DNA of 64,000 bases. Source: Nemertoderma westbladi. Lineage: Eukaryota > Animalia > Xenacoelomorpha. Below the pieces are notes generated by a model, which saw only the letters and a program-made list of their open reading frames with translations, was not told the DNA's origin and did no database searches. The stretch spans positions 1 through 64,000 of the forward strand of contig JAUCBJ010007551.1 in NCBI GenBank assembly GCA_032718475.1. Direction: 5' to 3'. The position numbers and the translations under genes were made by a program. Shown here one piece after another: positions 10,576-23,910 of the stretch; position 1 is the stretch's first letter, and every line of letters starts with the position of its first letter.

Positions 10576-11470
10576 GGTTACAAGAAACTGACCCCCCCCC
10601 CCCCTATGGTTATAAGAAACAGACCTCCCCCTATGGTTACAAGAAACTGGCCTCCCCCTATGGTTACAAGAAACTGACCTCCCCCTATGGTTACAAGAAA
10701 CTGACCTCCCCCAATGGTTACAAGAAACTGACCTCCCCCTATGGTTACAAGAAACTGACCTCCCCCTATGGTTACAAGAAACTGACCTCCCCATATGGTT
10801 ACAAGAAACTGACCTCCCCCTGTGGTTACAAGAAACTGACCTCCCCCTATGGTTACAAGAAACTGACCTCCCCCTATGGTTACAAGAAACTGACCTCCCC
10901 CTATGGTTACAAGAAACTGACATCCCCCTATGGTTACAAGAAACTGACCTCCCCCTACGGTTACAAGAAACTGACCTCCCCCTATGGTTACAAGAAACTG
11001 ACCTCCCCCTATGGTTACAAGAAACTGACCTCCCCCTATGGTTACAAGAAACTAAACTCCCCCTATGGTTACAAGAAACTGACCTCCCCCTATGGTTACA
11101 AGAAACTGACCTCCCCCTATGGTTACAAGAAACTGACCTCCCCCTGTGGTTACAAGAAACTGACCTCCCCCTATGGTTACAATAAACTGACCTCCCCCTA
11201 TGGCTACAAGAAACTGACCTCCCCCTATGGTTACAAGAAACTGACCTCCACCTATGGATACAAGAAATTGACCTCCCCCTGTGGTTACAAGAAACTGACC
11301 TCCCCCTATGGTTACAAGAAACTGACCTCCCCCTATGGTTACAAGAAACTGACCTCCCCCTGTGGTTACAAGAAACTGACCTCCCCCTGTGGTTACAAGA
11401 AACTGACCTCACCCTATGGTTACAAGAAACTGACCTCCCCCTAAGGTTATAAGAAACTGACCTCCCCCTA
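10576..11470. repeat. 27-bp minisatellite (~33 copies)
   Basis: Unit GGTTACAAGAAACTGACCTCCCCCTAT repeated head to tail. Confidence 0.95.
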
Positions 11471-11747
11471 TCATGGTTAGCGACCAAATATTAACAAAGT
11501 TTTGGGAAAATCGGTTTTGAAAAGGAGGTGTGTAGATTTATATTTAACGTATTAAATCTTTAACGTATTATACTACAGTATATAATTATATTATGATTAG
11601 GATGCAATTGAATTATCATTTGACTTATTCACAAGAATGTGGTTTATTTCAGTCTTGTATTCATTGGGATATACGTCATACAAGACTCATATAGAGGATC
11701 AGGTATATTTGAATTAGAGGTTAATAATAAAAAAAAATTGAACCAGG

Positions 11748-11895
11748 GTAAACCTTTAACGACCAAAGGGACTTCAAAAGCCCATACTGTATCTCGATTC
11801 CTATTTTATGTAGATGTTAACCATGTAGAGGTTGATTTTATAAATTAATATTAAATATAGGCCTAGCCAGAAAGTTTTGGTCGGTAAAGGGTTAA
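11748..11895. mobile_element. Small TIR element (piggyBac-like MITE)
   Basis: TAAACCTTTAACGACCAAA ... TTTGGTCGGTAAAGGGTTAA imperfect inverted termini, with TTAA at the right end. Confidence 0.45.
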
Positions 11896-13442
11896 TGACC
11901 AAAAATGTCAGATAGGGGGGACGTTCGACGCAATAAAAATTCATCCCTCTCCAGAGGAAATTTGACACAAATAACAGCTGATTACTCTCAAAAATAAAAC
12001 CGTAACCTGTTCTATTGTGTTTAGTTTATTGTTTTGGTTAAAATAACGTGCCACTGTAACCTGCTCCTTTCCCTAAATTGATAATTTAACATTGAGGCGC
12101 GATATTAATTCGCCAAGATGGGATTTGCGTCTAGTTTCCCCCACCCCCCTGTCTCAAAAAAGTATATTGAATTTATTTTCGGAACACATATATTTATTGA
12201 AATTCTACATAAATTTGCATAACACAAGCCAAACAAATGGAACAGACAGACAGTAGGGATGATAAAGTAGCAAATTATTAATGTTCCAGAATAATTTAAT
12301 TAATTGCACAATAATGCAGCAACTCAATGGGGAATGCATATAATTTACTCTGGCCTGCCGTAACCTTATTGCAAAGATGATTCGCGAAGCGAAGATTTTT
12401 CACATAGTAATATTGTGATTGTTCTAGGCCTATTGTTGATTTGGGTTTAGGTGTAATTTAAGGTTACCCTCTATCTTTTTCGCTACATTGACTGGAGTAA
12501 TAGTGTGAATTCGTATAACGTCATGTGATTATATTTAGAATGACGCGGTGACATACTGGACAATGTGGACATACATAAGAAATGAATGGCGTACGGACAT
12601 ACTGATAAATAATGTTGCACTGTGATATAAAGTTGGAAAATATGTCGCACTGGCGATTTCGATTTGGTAGTGCGAAATTATTATTTTTTCATACAAACAA
12701 ATAAAAGTTGTCCAAACCACTCACCGTAGAAAGTTTTATAGAAATCCGCATGGTGGTGTACTCCAATAGGAATCACGCTGGGCCTAGCTGATGTACACGC
12801 TGTATAAATTCAAAGTTTGGCCAATATTCTTCAGTTCTTGGAAACCCCCACCCTGGAACCTGCTACATGATTCCTTCTGGTGGGATGTTATAACTATATG
12901 GTCTGATTCAGTTTAGCTAAATACTGTAATAATCACTCAATAAATATTGACTGTTGTACAACATAGGCTGATAGGCCTACTGAACTGACATAGGCAGATA
13001 GGCCTACTAATTACAGAATAATAATACTAAACTAAACTACGAATCTTGAACGGTTGTAAAACTTTTTAATGAACGCAATTGGTGCAACTACTGAACTACT
13101 ACTACTACTGTCAGACTGTACAGTATAAAATTAATTTGAGCTTGAATTTTAAATAATTTGGTAATAATAATATCTTTCAGCAGTCTTTAATTTTAATATT
13201 CAGATTTTAAGAGTCAGTAATTTTTAATTTAGTAACAATATATCTGTATATTTTTTAGGGGTCCGACGATTATTTTTTAGCAGTCTTTAAACTTTTTTAG
13301 AATTTTTTAGTACCATGCTTATTTTATTTAATTTGACTTTATCCCACCGCCACACCACCAGGAACTTATTTACGCCTAATGAATGACCTGCAGTAGTTAT
13401 TTGTATATTGTCTGTTGTCTCCAATATATGTTTGTATCACCA

Positions 13443-14887
13443 CAAGAGTCCCACAAGAAATGAAAACAAATAAGTTGGTGCCAGTTCCCAAGAAGGGCAA
13501 CCTAACACTCGATGGTTCTTTTCGGGGAATCTCATTGATCTCAATTGCTGCAAAGCTATACAATAGAATTCTATTAAATCGCATCAGAGATCCCATTGAG
13601 AAACTGCTCCGTGGAAATCAGAATGGGTTCCGTAAAGGTCGTGGGACCATGGAGCCCATTTTGGCACTTAGAAGGATAATTGAAGAGTTATCAAAAAAGA
13701 AAGACAGGCATCTGGCTGTTATCTTTGTTGACTTCTTCAAGGCCTTTGATTTAGTCTCTCGCTCACGTATGTTCAGCATACTTTCATTATATGGGATTCC
13801 TGATGAAATTATTGCAGCAATCAGATCAGTATACGATGGTTCGACAACATTTGTGTCTACTGTTGACGGTGACACAGAACCATTTGAAGTGTTATGGGGC
13901 GTCCTCCAAGGAGACACACTTGCACCATTCTTGTTCATTATTGTGGTTGACTATGTTCTACGCATGTCCTTAGATCATCATATTGATGATGGGGTGATGA
14001 TTACTCCACCTACTGGCTCCAGAAGTCGAGGAAATCCTGCCAAGTACCTAACTGATCTAGACTTTGCTGATGACTTAGGAGTACTCTCAGAATCACTAGA
14101 GGGAGCCCAACGGCTCCTCAGCTCATTAGAACATGCTGCTTCTAGTGTTGGTCTTTTTATTAACTCCAGAAAGACCAAAATTTTGACAGTTAACTTTGAA
14201 ATTCCTCAGCAAGTCTCTGATCGGATGAGCATAAGCTCAAAAGATGGTATGCTTGAGCATGTGGATGACTTCTGTTACCTGGGATCATGGATCCGGAAGT
14301 CAGGTGAGGACCTTCGAATACGTAAGGGAAAGGCATGGGCAGCCTTGAATAGGCTTTCCAGGATTTGGAAGTCACCGAGAATTAATCGGAAACTTAAGGT
14401 CCGGTTATTTAGAGCAGCAGTAGTTCCAGTACTCCTCTATGGGAGTCCATGCTGGGCTCTAACTGCTGAGGACACCAAATCTCTGGATGGCACATTCACA
14501 AGAATGCTACGCCGGGTTCATTGTGTCAAGTTCAATGCACTGCACACATCTCCAACCAGACACTATATAACATTGGAGGTGTCTCATTGGTTCCCCCAAG
14601 CTTGACACTAGAACAAAATCGCCTCCGCTTTGCAGGACATTGCTTTCGCCGTGAGGGCCAGCCAGTGCATAATCTTGTACTTTGTCAGCCTCATGGAGTG
14701 AATAAGCATGGTGGACAGCCCATGACTTTCTTGAGACGCATCTTAAAGGACACTGGCCTTGAAGATGCGGATGATCTAGCAAATGTCATGGGTGATAGGG
14801 AGTTATGGCGGTGAAATTTTGTCGATAAGCCGGCACAGCATTCTTAAAAATGCAGCTGCAATGCAGCATGCCGATCCTAGTAGTTGA
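13443..14887 (+). mobile_element. 5'-truncated RTE-type non-LTR retrotransposon (RT and C-terminus; frameshift ~14540)
   Basis: RT motifs PVPKKG, RGISL, QNGFRKGR, DFFKAFD, GVLQGDTLAPFLF, LDFADD, YLGS. Continues in another frame as RLRFAGHCFR...MGDRELWR. TAGTAG tail; possible TSD ATCACCA (13436-13442 / 14888-14894). Confidence 0.9.
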
Positions 14888-15187
14888 ATCACCAGGAATT
14901 ACTTTCTGTTCATGACATATCATTAACTTACATAATACATTGTTAATCAATATTACCGGTACCGTGTTAAATCATGTGTTTAATGTTTTATTAATACATC
15001 AGTCAGTCAGTCCGCATTTCTTCAGTCGGAATTTATATTATTTATGAAATTTTATTGAACATTAAACATTTCAGGTCTACCCGGTAAGTAAATAAGACTA
15101 GTGAATAGCTGAATAGTGTAGGGCCATACCTGCTGCTGCTACCGCTACCGACGCTACCGTTAACTGAATATACAATATATAATTTAC

Positions 15188-16121
15188 CGCTGTAACAGAC
15201 AGACAGAGAATGTTCTGTCTGTCTGTTCACCCCCCCCCCCCCGGTTAAAATTCCCTAGGCCCTAGTTTATTCTCACTCCCGGGTGCCGGGGTTTATTTTC
15301 CCTAGCTGCCTAGTGTATTCTCACTCCCAGGGTGTATTTTCCCTAGTGTATTTTAACCCCCTCCATGAACACTCACCCATGCTTTTATCAATTTTCGCCC
15401 TCTCAGTCTCTGTGCAAATCCATCCCCGCTTAAGTTTCCCTAGTCAGCTTGTGTATTCTCATCTCACTCCTGGTCCTGGTGTATCAGCACGGAAATTACG
15501 TAGGCCTACCTTAATAAATCGATAGATACATTGTAGAACCCATCGATCAGCACGTGAGTTGAGTTACATGTAGTAACAGTAACTGTAGACACTGAGGCCC
15601 TTCGCGCAGCACGTGAGTTGCATGAAATAAATATACAGTATTGGCCCTTCGAGCAGCTTGTGAAATACACATAGTCCATCGCGCAGCATGTTAGTTAGTT
15701 AGACGTGGGTGTCTGAGTATTTTTCTCGCCGAAGTGCAAAGTGATAATATATTTCAACATACAAGCACCAATCGAGCTCACAATCATCAGATCATCGATA
15801 GAAAGCACTGATGATGAATATTCAATTTATTTATTCTCGAATCTCTGTACCGGTAGCGCGGTAGCCTTGTACAATATTACATTTACATAGATAGCACACT
15901 AGAAAGTAACTGTAGGCTTAAAATATCATGGGGGTCAGAATACACTGATGGGGGTTAAATTTTACTAAAAAATCACTGTAGTTTTACCCCGGTTAAAATA
16001 TTGTACCCAAGCTGCCTAGAGAATTCTAAGTCTAATCGGGGAGTGAAAATACTGAAATACACTGGGGAATTTTAACGGAGAGGTGAATTTTTAGGGGGGT
16101 GTAAATTTTCTGCAACACCGG
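15188..16121. mobile_element. Possible non-autonomous TIR DNA transposon
   Basis: CCGCTGTAACAG ... CTGCAACACCGG imperfect inverted ends, with inverted subterminal motifs (CCCCGGTTAAAATT, ACTCCC / GGGGAGT, AATTTTAACGG). Confidence 0.4.
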
Positions 16122-16233
16122 TCAGCGGTATCGTAAGCGTAAGGATATTTTATACTTTACTTTATACTTTACAATTATAGTTATACCGGTACCGTGTATT
16201 AATTGGTTGGTGTTTTCTTCCTTTATTATACCC

Positions 16234-16419
16234 ATGATTGCGTTGCCCCTCCCAGTTCCCAGCTCACTAATATGGCCTTTGCGGTATGACTATGACTCCA
16301 TGGAATCAATCTTCTCAACGTCTCCTCGTCTCTGCTCGCCATTGTCTACTCCTTCGGCTTACCATTTGTCGCCTTCAAGCGATTGTGGTAGGGATTTAGA
16401 TGGTTTCGATCCAAGAGGG
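16234..16419 (+). CDS. Candidate first coding exon of the PPP1R3-like gene
   Basis: ATG at 16234, Ser/Pro-rich open frame (MESIFSTSPRLCSPL), consensus donor GGG|GTGAGT in phase 0 matching the phase-0 acceptor at 20669. Confidence 0.5.
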
Positions 16420-16734
16420 GTGAGTTAAGATTAGTCAACACACACTTTATTGAAAAATTATAGGCAATCAGGATAAAAATCAGTCGAAAATATAGGGTTA
16501 AAAAATAAAAAATGCTCGTACCAAAACAGCCTAACGGATCGTTTGGTCAAGTCAAATGTTAAAAAAAAAAAGTGCCACTCTTTTTTTATAATTCCAAAAG
16601 TTATGTCAAACGAAGTTGAAATTGACTCTCTTCTCCAGGTAGGGCACTAAATTCTAGATTGCTTATCCCTACTGGTATAAATCCTCGCCTTTAGGCCTAT
16701 CAAAATTTTCATATAACATATTAGGTATATTAAA

Positions 16735-17380
16735 TTGCTTGAGCACGTGCATGACTTCTGCCACTTGGGATCATGGATCCGAAAGTCAGATGAAGACCTT
16801 CGGATACGTAAGGGGAAGGCATGGGCAGCATTGAATAGTTTGTCCAGGATTTGGAAATCCCATAGAATAAAACGGAACCTCAAGCTTCGATTATTTATGG
16901 CAGTTGTACTACCAGTACTCTTATATGGGAGTCCATGCTGGGCTCTAACTGCAGAGGATACCGAATCTCTGGATGCCACTTTCACAAGATTGCTGCGCCG
17001 TGTTCATTGTGTCAAGTAAAACGAAAACATGTCAAATCAGACTCTATACAACATTGGAGGTGTTTCACGAGGCTCCCCTAGCTTGACACTTTAACGCAAC
17101 CGCCTCCGACATTGGTTTCGCCGTGAGGAACAGCCAGTACATAATCGTGTGCTTTGGCGTCCTCATAACCATGGTGGAATGCCTATGACTTTCTTGAGAC
17201 GCACCTTAAATGATACTGGCCTCGAAGATGCAGATAATCTAGCAAATATCATGGGTGATAGGGAAATGTGGCGACGCAGTTTTGTCGTCAAGCCGGCACA
17301 ACATTCTTAATATATATCTAGGCCTATGTAATATAATGCAGCTGGAATGCAGCATGCCGCTAGTCAATAGTAGTAGTAGT
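16735..17380 (+). mobile_element. Second, shorter 3' fragment of the same RTE-type LINE (in predicted intron 1)
   Basis: Homologous to ~14249-14885 (LEHV.DFC.LGSWIRKS..DLRIRKGKAWAAL); same TGCAGCATGCCG 3' end and (TAG)n tail; decayed. Confidence 0.85.
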
Positions 17381-18269
17381 CCTATTAAAGATATTCTCCA
17401 CTCCAGTCCGATCTGTTGACACTTAGAAGTACGGAGAACTGCCTTTTTCTACCGAAGCAGCGTGGGGTCAACTGGGTCTAATTCAATAATAATATCCTAC
17501 CTATATGTATGTATGACAGTATGTGTACCCTTACCTGTTTATTTTGCCGTACCGTACCGAGATTCCCTCTTTAAGACAGGCCGAGCAATTTCAGCGTTGG
17601 ATTTATTGACTCGTTTTGTCGAGTTTAGTGTTCGAGTTTATTATTACTTTAATTTTTGGCTTAAAATTGTTGGTTTTCAATAGGCCTACAGTTTAACATG
17701 TTATAGGGTATGTGGTATTGGTACATAATCGGTTTGATAGGAAATTTACAGTACTTTGTACCTGTTTGTCCCGACTGTTACGACGGGTAAAAATTGAAGT
17801 ATTCTGAAGTTAGACCCATTTGATCCTCCACTTATTATCTTATAATTGAATTTTTTATCGTGTTTTTTTTTTGTTTGAGTGGGTGCTCGAGTACTTTACC
17901 ATATTCGTAAACTGGAAGATACAATATTTTGATATACTTGCAAAGCAAGCAAGGTTATGTTGCTTAAAAATATACTGATGCAGTTTAATATCAATTTAAA
18001 ATAATTTTGACCCATTAGACACCCCCTCCCCTCTCCCGCACCCTCATATAATGTATCAGATGCTACATAAAGTAAATATGGTAATGTATTCATCAAATTG
18101 CAAAAATAGTAAATGGCGTAGTGGCGTAGATGTATATATAGATAGTGAGTCCCAATTGTGTCATTACTGCATTATATAACAGTCCCGCTGACTACAGATT
18201 GGAACGTAATTGATCTGATGATGTCGCTAGTTTGCAATAGAGATCAGTAGAATGTCGAAGAGTGCATTT

Positions 18270-20630
18270 TAGTGTGTAGAAGAGCGCTAGTGTGTAATAC
18301 GGAGCGGTAGTGCGTATTAGAGAGCAGTAGTGTGTAGTGGAGCAGTAGTGTGTATTAGAGAGCGAAGTGTTTAGTAGAGAGCAGTAGTGTTTAGTAGTAT
18401 AGAGAGCAGTAGTGTGTATTAGAGAGCATTAGTGTGTATTAGAGAGCAGTAGTGTATAGTATAGCAGTAGTGTGTAGTAGAGCAGTTGTGTGTAGTAGAG
18501 CAGTAGTGTGTAGTAGATCGTTAGTGTGTATTAGAGAGCAGTAGTGTGTAGTAGGAGCAGTCGAGCAGTAGTGTGTAGTGGAGCAGTAGTGTGTATTAGA
18601 GAGCGAAGTGTTTAGTAGAGAGCAGTAGTGTTTAGTAGTATAGAGAGCAGTAGTGTGAATTAGAGAGCATTAGTGTGTATTAGAGAGCAGTAGTGTATAG
18701 TATAGCAGTAGTGTGTAGTAGAGCAGTTGTGTGTAGTAGAGCAGTAGTGTGTAGTAGAGCAGTAGTGTAGAGCAGTAGTGTGTAGTAGATCGTTAGTGTG
18801 TATTAGGGAGCAGTAGTGTGTAGTAGAGCAGTTGTGTATAGTAGAGCAGTAGTGTGTAGTAGAGCAGTTGTGTACAGTAGAGCAGTAGTGTGTAGTAGAG
18901 CAGTAGTGTATAGTATAGCAGTAGTGTGTAGTAGAGCAGTTGTGTACAGTAGAGCAGTAGTGTGTAGTAGAGCAGTAGTGTATAGTATAGCAGTAGTGTG
19001 TAGTAGAGCAGTTGTGTATAGTAGAGCAGTAGTGTGTAGTAGAGCAGTAGTGTAGAGCAGTAGTGTGTAGTAGATCGTTAGTGTGTATTAGGGAGCAGTA
19101 GTGTGTAGTAGAGCAGTTGTGTATAGTAGAGCAGTAGTGTGTAGTAGAGCAGTTGTGTACAGTAGAGCAGTAGTGTGTAGTAGAGCAGTAGTGTATAGTA
19201 TAGCAGTAGTGTGTAGTAGAGCAGTTGTGTTGTATAGTAGAGCAGTAGTGTGTAGTAGAGCAGTAGTGTAGAGCAGTAGTGTGTAGTAGATCGTTAGTGT
19301 GTATTAGGGAGCAGTAGTGTGTAGTAGAGCAGTTGTGTATAGTAGAGCAGTAGTGTGTAGTAGATCGTTAGTGTGTATTAGAGAGCAGTACTGTGTAGTA
19401 GAGTATAAGTGTATAGTAGAGCAGTAGTGTGTTGTAGAGCAGTCAGACAAATACAGTAGTGTGTAGTAGATCATTAGTGTGTATTATGGAGCAGTAGTGT
19501 GTAATAGATCGTTAGTGTGTATTATAGAGCAGTAGTGTGTATTAGAGAGCAATAGTGTATAGTAGATCAGTAGTGTGTAGTAGAGCAGTACTGTGTAGTA
19601 GATGGGTAGTGTGTATTAGAGATCAGTAGTGTGTAGTAGAGAGCAGTAGTGTGTAGTAGAGATCAGTAGTGTGTATTAGAGAACAGCAGTATGTTGTAGA
19701 GAGCAGTAGCGTTTATTAGAGAGCAGTAGTTTGTAGTAGATCGTTAGTGTGTGTATTAGTGAGCAGTAGTGTGTAGTAGAACAGTAGTGTATAGTAGAAC
19801 AGTAGTCTGTAGTAGAGCAGTAGTAGTGTAGTAGTAGACACGCAGTAGTGTTTAGTAGTATAGAGAGCAGTAGTGTGTATTAGAGAGCATTAGTGTGTAT
19901 TAGAGAGCAGTAACAGTGTATAGTAGAGAGCATTAGTGTGTATTAGAGAGCAGTAGTGTGTAGTAGAGCAGTAGTGTGTAGTAGATCGTTAGTGTGTATT
20001 AGAATGCAGTAGTGTATAGTAGATGCAGTAGTGTATAGTAGAGCAGTAGTGTGTAGAATAGCAGTAGTGTGTAGTAGTAGTATAGTAGTAGACACGCAGT
20101 AGTGCTTAGTAGTATAGAGAGCAGTAGTGTGTATTAGAGAGCAGTAGTGTATAGTAGAGAGCGGTTAGTGTGTATTAGAGAGCAGTAGTGTATAGTAGAG
20201 AGCAGTTAGTGTGTATTAGAGAGCAGTAGTGTATAGTAGAGAGCAGTTAGTGTGTATTAGAGAGCAGTGGTGTATAGTAGAGAGCAGTTAGTGTGTATTA
20301 GAGAGCAGTAGTGTATAGTAGAGAGCAGTTAGTGTGTATTAGAGAGCAGTAGTGTATAGTAGAGAGCAGTTACTGTGTATTAGAGAGCAGTAGTGTATAG
20401 TAGAGAGCAGTTAGTGTGTATTAGAGAGCAGTAGTGCTTAGTAGTATAGAGAGCAGTAGTGTATAGTAGAGAGCAGTTACTGTGTATTAGAGAGCAGTAG
20501 TTTATAGTAGAGAGCAGTTAGTGGGTATTAGAGAGCAGTAGTGTATAGTAGAGAGCAGTTAGTGTGTATTAGAGAGCAGTAGTGTATAGTAGAGAGCAGT
20601 TAGTGTGTATTAGAGAGCAATAGTGTGTAA
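18270..20630. repeat. Degenerate 18-21-bp satellite (AGAGCAGTAGTGTGTAGT family)
   Basis: Tandem variants; settles into a ~41-bp dimer period near 20150-20620. Confidence 0.9.
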
Positions 20631-20668
20631 AGCATTTCATTACCTTCCTTCCTGTCTATTTTTTGCAG

Positions 20669-21802
20669 TTAAATTCAACGATGTGTGGCGAATTTAAACG
20701 AAACAGTAGCCCCACTCGCCGCTGCCTGGGTTCCTGTTGCTGTGACGATGACTTGTCGTACAACCCTGGCTGTCGTACTGGTAGTGGGTTCAGCGCCGAC
20801 AGTAGACCCATCGTCAGTAGATGCAGTAGCGTTCCTGATAGATTGTGGGATGTCGGATTCCCAAGATACTCTAATGAAGAAACGCTAAACGAAACCTCAG
20901 ACTTTACCACTGAGTCGACTAATAGATATAATATAACCCATGGCGGGTTTAATCCACCCCATGGTGTATTCGCACCGCCGTTTCGTCTCACACCTAGTCC
21001 TTTATGCGGGAACAGTCAGCCCGACACATTGCCAGCTACAGAAACTGTGTCGCAGTTACCTTCCAGAAAGCCTGCTCATGGAATAATAGACTCATCCGAT
21101 CCACAAATATATAGATTCGTTGATGCTTTAAATCTTAGCGGGTTGGCATGCCCTATTGATGGATTGGTATCGGGTGGTTTAGTACCATCTGGTGATTGGT
21201 TACCGAAACCTGTAGACCCATCACCAGCACCGGTAGACCCATTACCAGCACCTGTAGACCCACCACCTACACCGGTAGACCCATCACCAGTACCTGTAGA
21301 CCCATCACCTACACCTGTAGACCCATCACCTACACCTGTAGACATCTCACTAGCACCGGTAGACCCATCACCAACATCCGGACACCCACCACCAACATCC
21401 GGACACCCACCACCAACATCCGGTCACCCACCACCAACATCCGGACACCCTCCACCAACATCCGGACACCCTCCACCAACATCCGGACACCCTCCACCAA
21501 CATCCGGACACCCTCCACCAACATCCGGACACCCTCCACCAACATCCGGACACCCACCGCCACCATCTATCGACCCCTTACTGGTACCGATAGATGGAGT
21601 TCCAACGACCATCGACCATTTTCCGCCATCCATGGGCGGGTTAATTCTCGCCAGCGATCTACGAACACCCGTTAAGTGGTCTACCATCGATGGGTCCCCT
21701 ACTGATAAGGTTTGTGACGAATCTGGGATGGGTGATGGTTTCCGAAGTACTTCGTCCGGTAACAGCAGTCCAGAAATTAGTTCTCCGTGCAATGGTGAAG
21801 TG
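20669..21802 (+). CDS. Internal Pro/Ser-rich exon of PPP1R3-like gene
   Basis: Polypyrimidine acceptor CCTTCCTTCCTGTCTATTTTTTGCAG|, 378 open codons, donor GTG|GTAAGT in phase 0, in frame with the exon at 32538. Confidence 0.7.
21209..21560 (+). repeat. Coding 21-bp minisatellite (PVDPSPT then PPPTSGH heptads)
   Basis: Units CCTGTAGACCCATCACCTACA and CCACCAACATCCGGACACCCT, in frame within the exon. Confidence 0.9.
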
Positions 21803-23292
21803 GTAAGTTGCCTCTTACGTATATAATAACTTAGGCCTATGTCTTAGGGACTTTATCATTCATATTAATTACTAAAGGTAAATATAATTCACAAACTAAG
21901 TTACATTTGATAAAAGAATTTACATAAAATATATAATTTAAGAAGCAGCAATAAAACTTAAAGTTAAAAACGGGATACGCAATGAAGTAAGAGGCAAGGA
22001 AGGAGATTCAAATATGGGAGGGGGGGGGGGGGGGGTGGGGGGGCGCAATCACAATTCATACCATTACTACCAAAAATATAACTGTAACCTTTGCTATTGA
22101 GTTTCGTTTATTGTTTTGGTTAGAATAACGTGCCAAAAGCTACATTATTTTACTTTGCGATTACTGGAGGAACCACAACTTTCACTAGACAGGCAGTATT
22201 TGCTAGCCTTTGCTTTCAGGATTCAAATCAGCTGTTTAAATTGAGCCGGTGTTTTTTACTGTAATTCTGAGTTTAAAGTTGAAAAACATTTCTCATTGTC
22301 GATATATGAAAGCCAAAACTTGTAAGAAGTTCCTTTGATTGTAAAACAAACCGAAAATACCTATGAAATCATTCATGAGGCGTGTAAATGTTTAAACAAT
22401 TAGAGAAAAGTAATAGTAAACAAATAGAATACAAAGTGCTCACATACGGTACGCCTATTTGTTACCAATTAAATATAAAGTCCAATGTTGTAGTGACGGC
22501 GTTTTCCTACAAAAGTAACACAGTTTGCAGTTTAATTATTGTTCCGAACTTAATGTCTCTTTCTTACATCAATTCGAGCTGGTCCAACGACTAGATTATG
22601 TTCTTTATTAAATCACGGATTACATTACGCCGCAAATAGATCAGACCAGACTGTTGGGTTTAATAGACGCTCCCAACAGATTGACGTCAACTACATTGAT
22701 GGGACTAACAATCATAAACTAACAACATAAAATATATTATGTTTATGTTTGTTTATTAATTATTAGCCAAATATTTTGACGCAATATCCTAATCAAGGCT
22801 ACCTACACCGTTGGCCTTACCAAAGTCATTAATTAAGGGATTGAAATGTTTTATAGTAATTATTTATGTTGTGATAGATAACAATTGATTGACAGTAATT
22901 TGATTTTAACTCTGGGCCAAGTCTACAACAAAGGCGCACTTCTACTTGCGTCATTAAAAATCAATGTAGCGAATTTAGCTTGAGGTCGTTTATTACCATT
23001 TGTACATCTGACTCGTCAATCTCGGTTCATTAGAGCTCCTGTACTTATCGTACCATCCTACATTTATGTTCTATTGTACTCATTTAATTGTATGTGACTA
23101 TTGTTATTGTTCCTTATACATTTATATAGATTTAACCCCCACCCCCTCCATCCAACATAGTAAACTACTTCCATCGATCCAACCGATATCCAAAGGAGCA
23201 GTTTACACTTGAGGGCTATTCTATATCCATAACAATAACCGATAGTTAAGAATACCAACACACTATGTTGAAGAGATTTCAGTTTTCCAAAA

Positions 23293-23796
23293 TTAATACC
23301 TCCGGGACGATTTGTTAAATATTTGCTCGTTTTGCATTGACATGTTCTTCCCTCTAAGATAAAGGAAGACTGCTGGGTGATGTTTTAGGATAGTTGACCA
23401 AGCTATAAAATATGCTGAGATCGGACATCGTGCGTTTTTTTCCGCAATTATTTTCCTATTTTTGCCTTGGGCAACAAACAGACTTCCTTCCTTCCTATAC
23501 CACCTCATTATTAATTGCCTTAGCTGCATAAACTTTTTCAAATATCCGCAATTATTCAATTTAAAGCTACTGGAGGCATACTGCCAGGTTGGATACAACA
23601 ATGCACTTACAAACTGCGTTATTTCCGCGTTGTTTGAAATCCTCAGGTTATATTTGTTTCTGGCATCGTACCAATATACTAATTCTCTAAATTTTATAGC
23701 AGCCAAAGAATCGGAAATCATGGATTCATTACGTCCAAGATATTCCGATAAATGACACTTAATTTTATGATAGTTGAGTCGATCCTGATCCGACAC
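23293..23796 (-). other. Possible decayed transposable-element coding fragment
   Basis: 167 open codons in AT-rich DNA; YLG ... LLYPTWQY weakly resembles a non-LTR RT thumb region. Not identifiable with confidence. Confidence 0.2.
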
Positions 23797-23910
23797 AACA
23801 GGTTTAGTAGCTGTAGAATATGCGGTAGAAATTGCAAAGTTACAAATTAAGTTGTACTACATTGTAGGAAGAAACTGTGAACCATCGGCGAACTGTCCGT
23901 TTTCCAAAAG

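Noticed and set aside
10571-10582. GAACAGGTTACA shared between the LTR-tip/27-bp junction and the 36-bp unit
   Set aside because: Only 12 bp with unrelated flanks; plausible by chance.
11990-12055. ~60-bp match to 22072-22135
   Set aside because: Ordinary dispersed repeat remnant with no definable ends.
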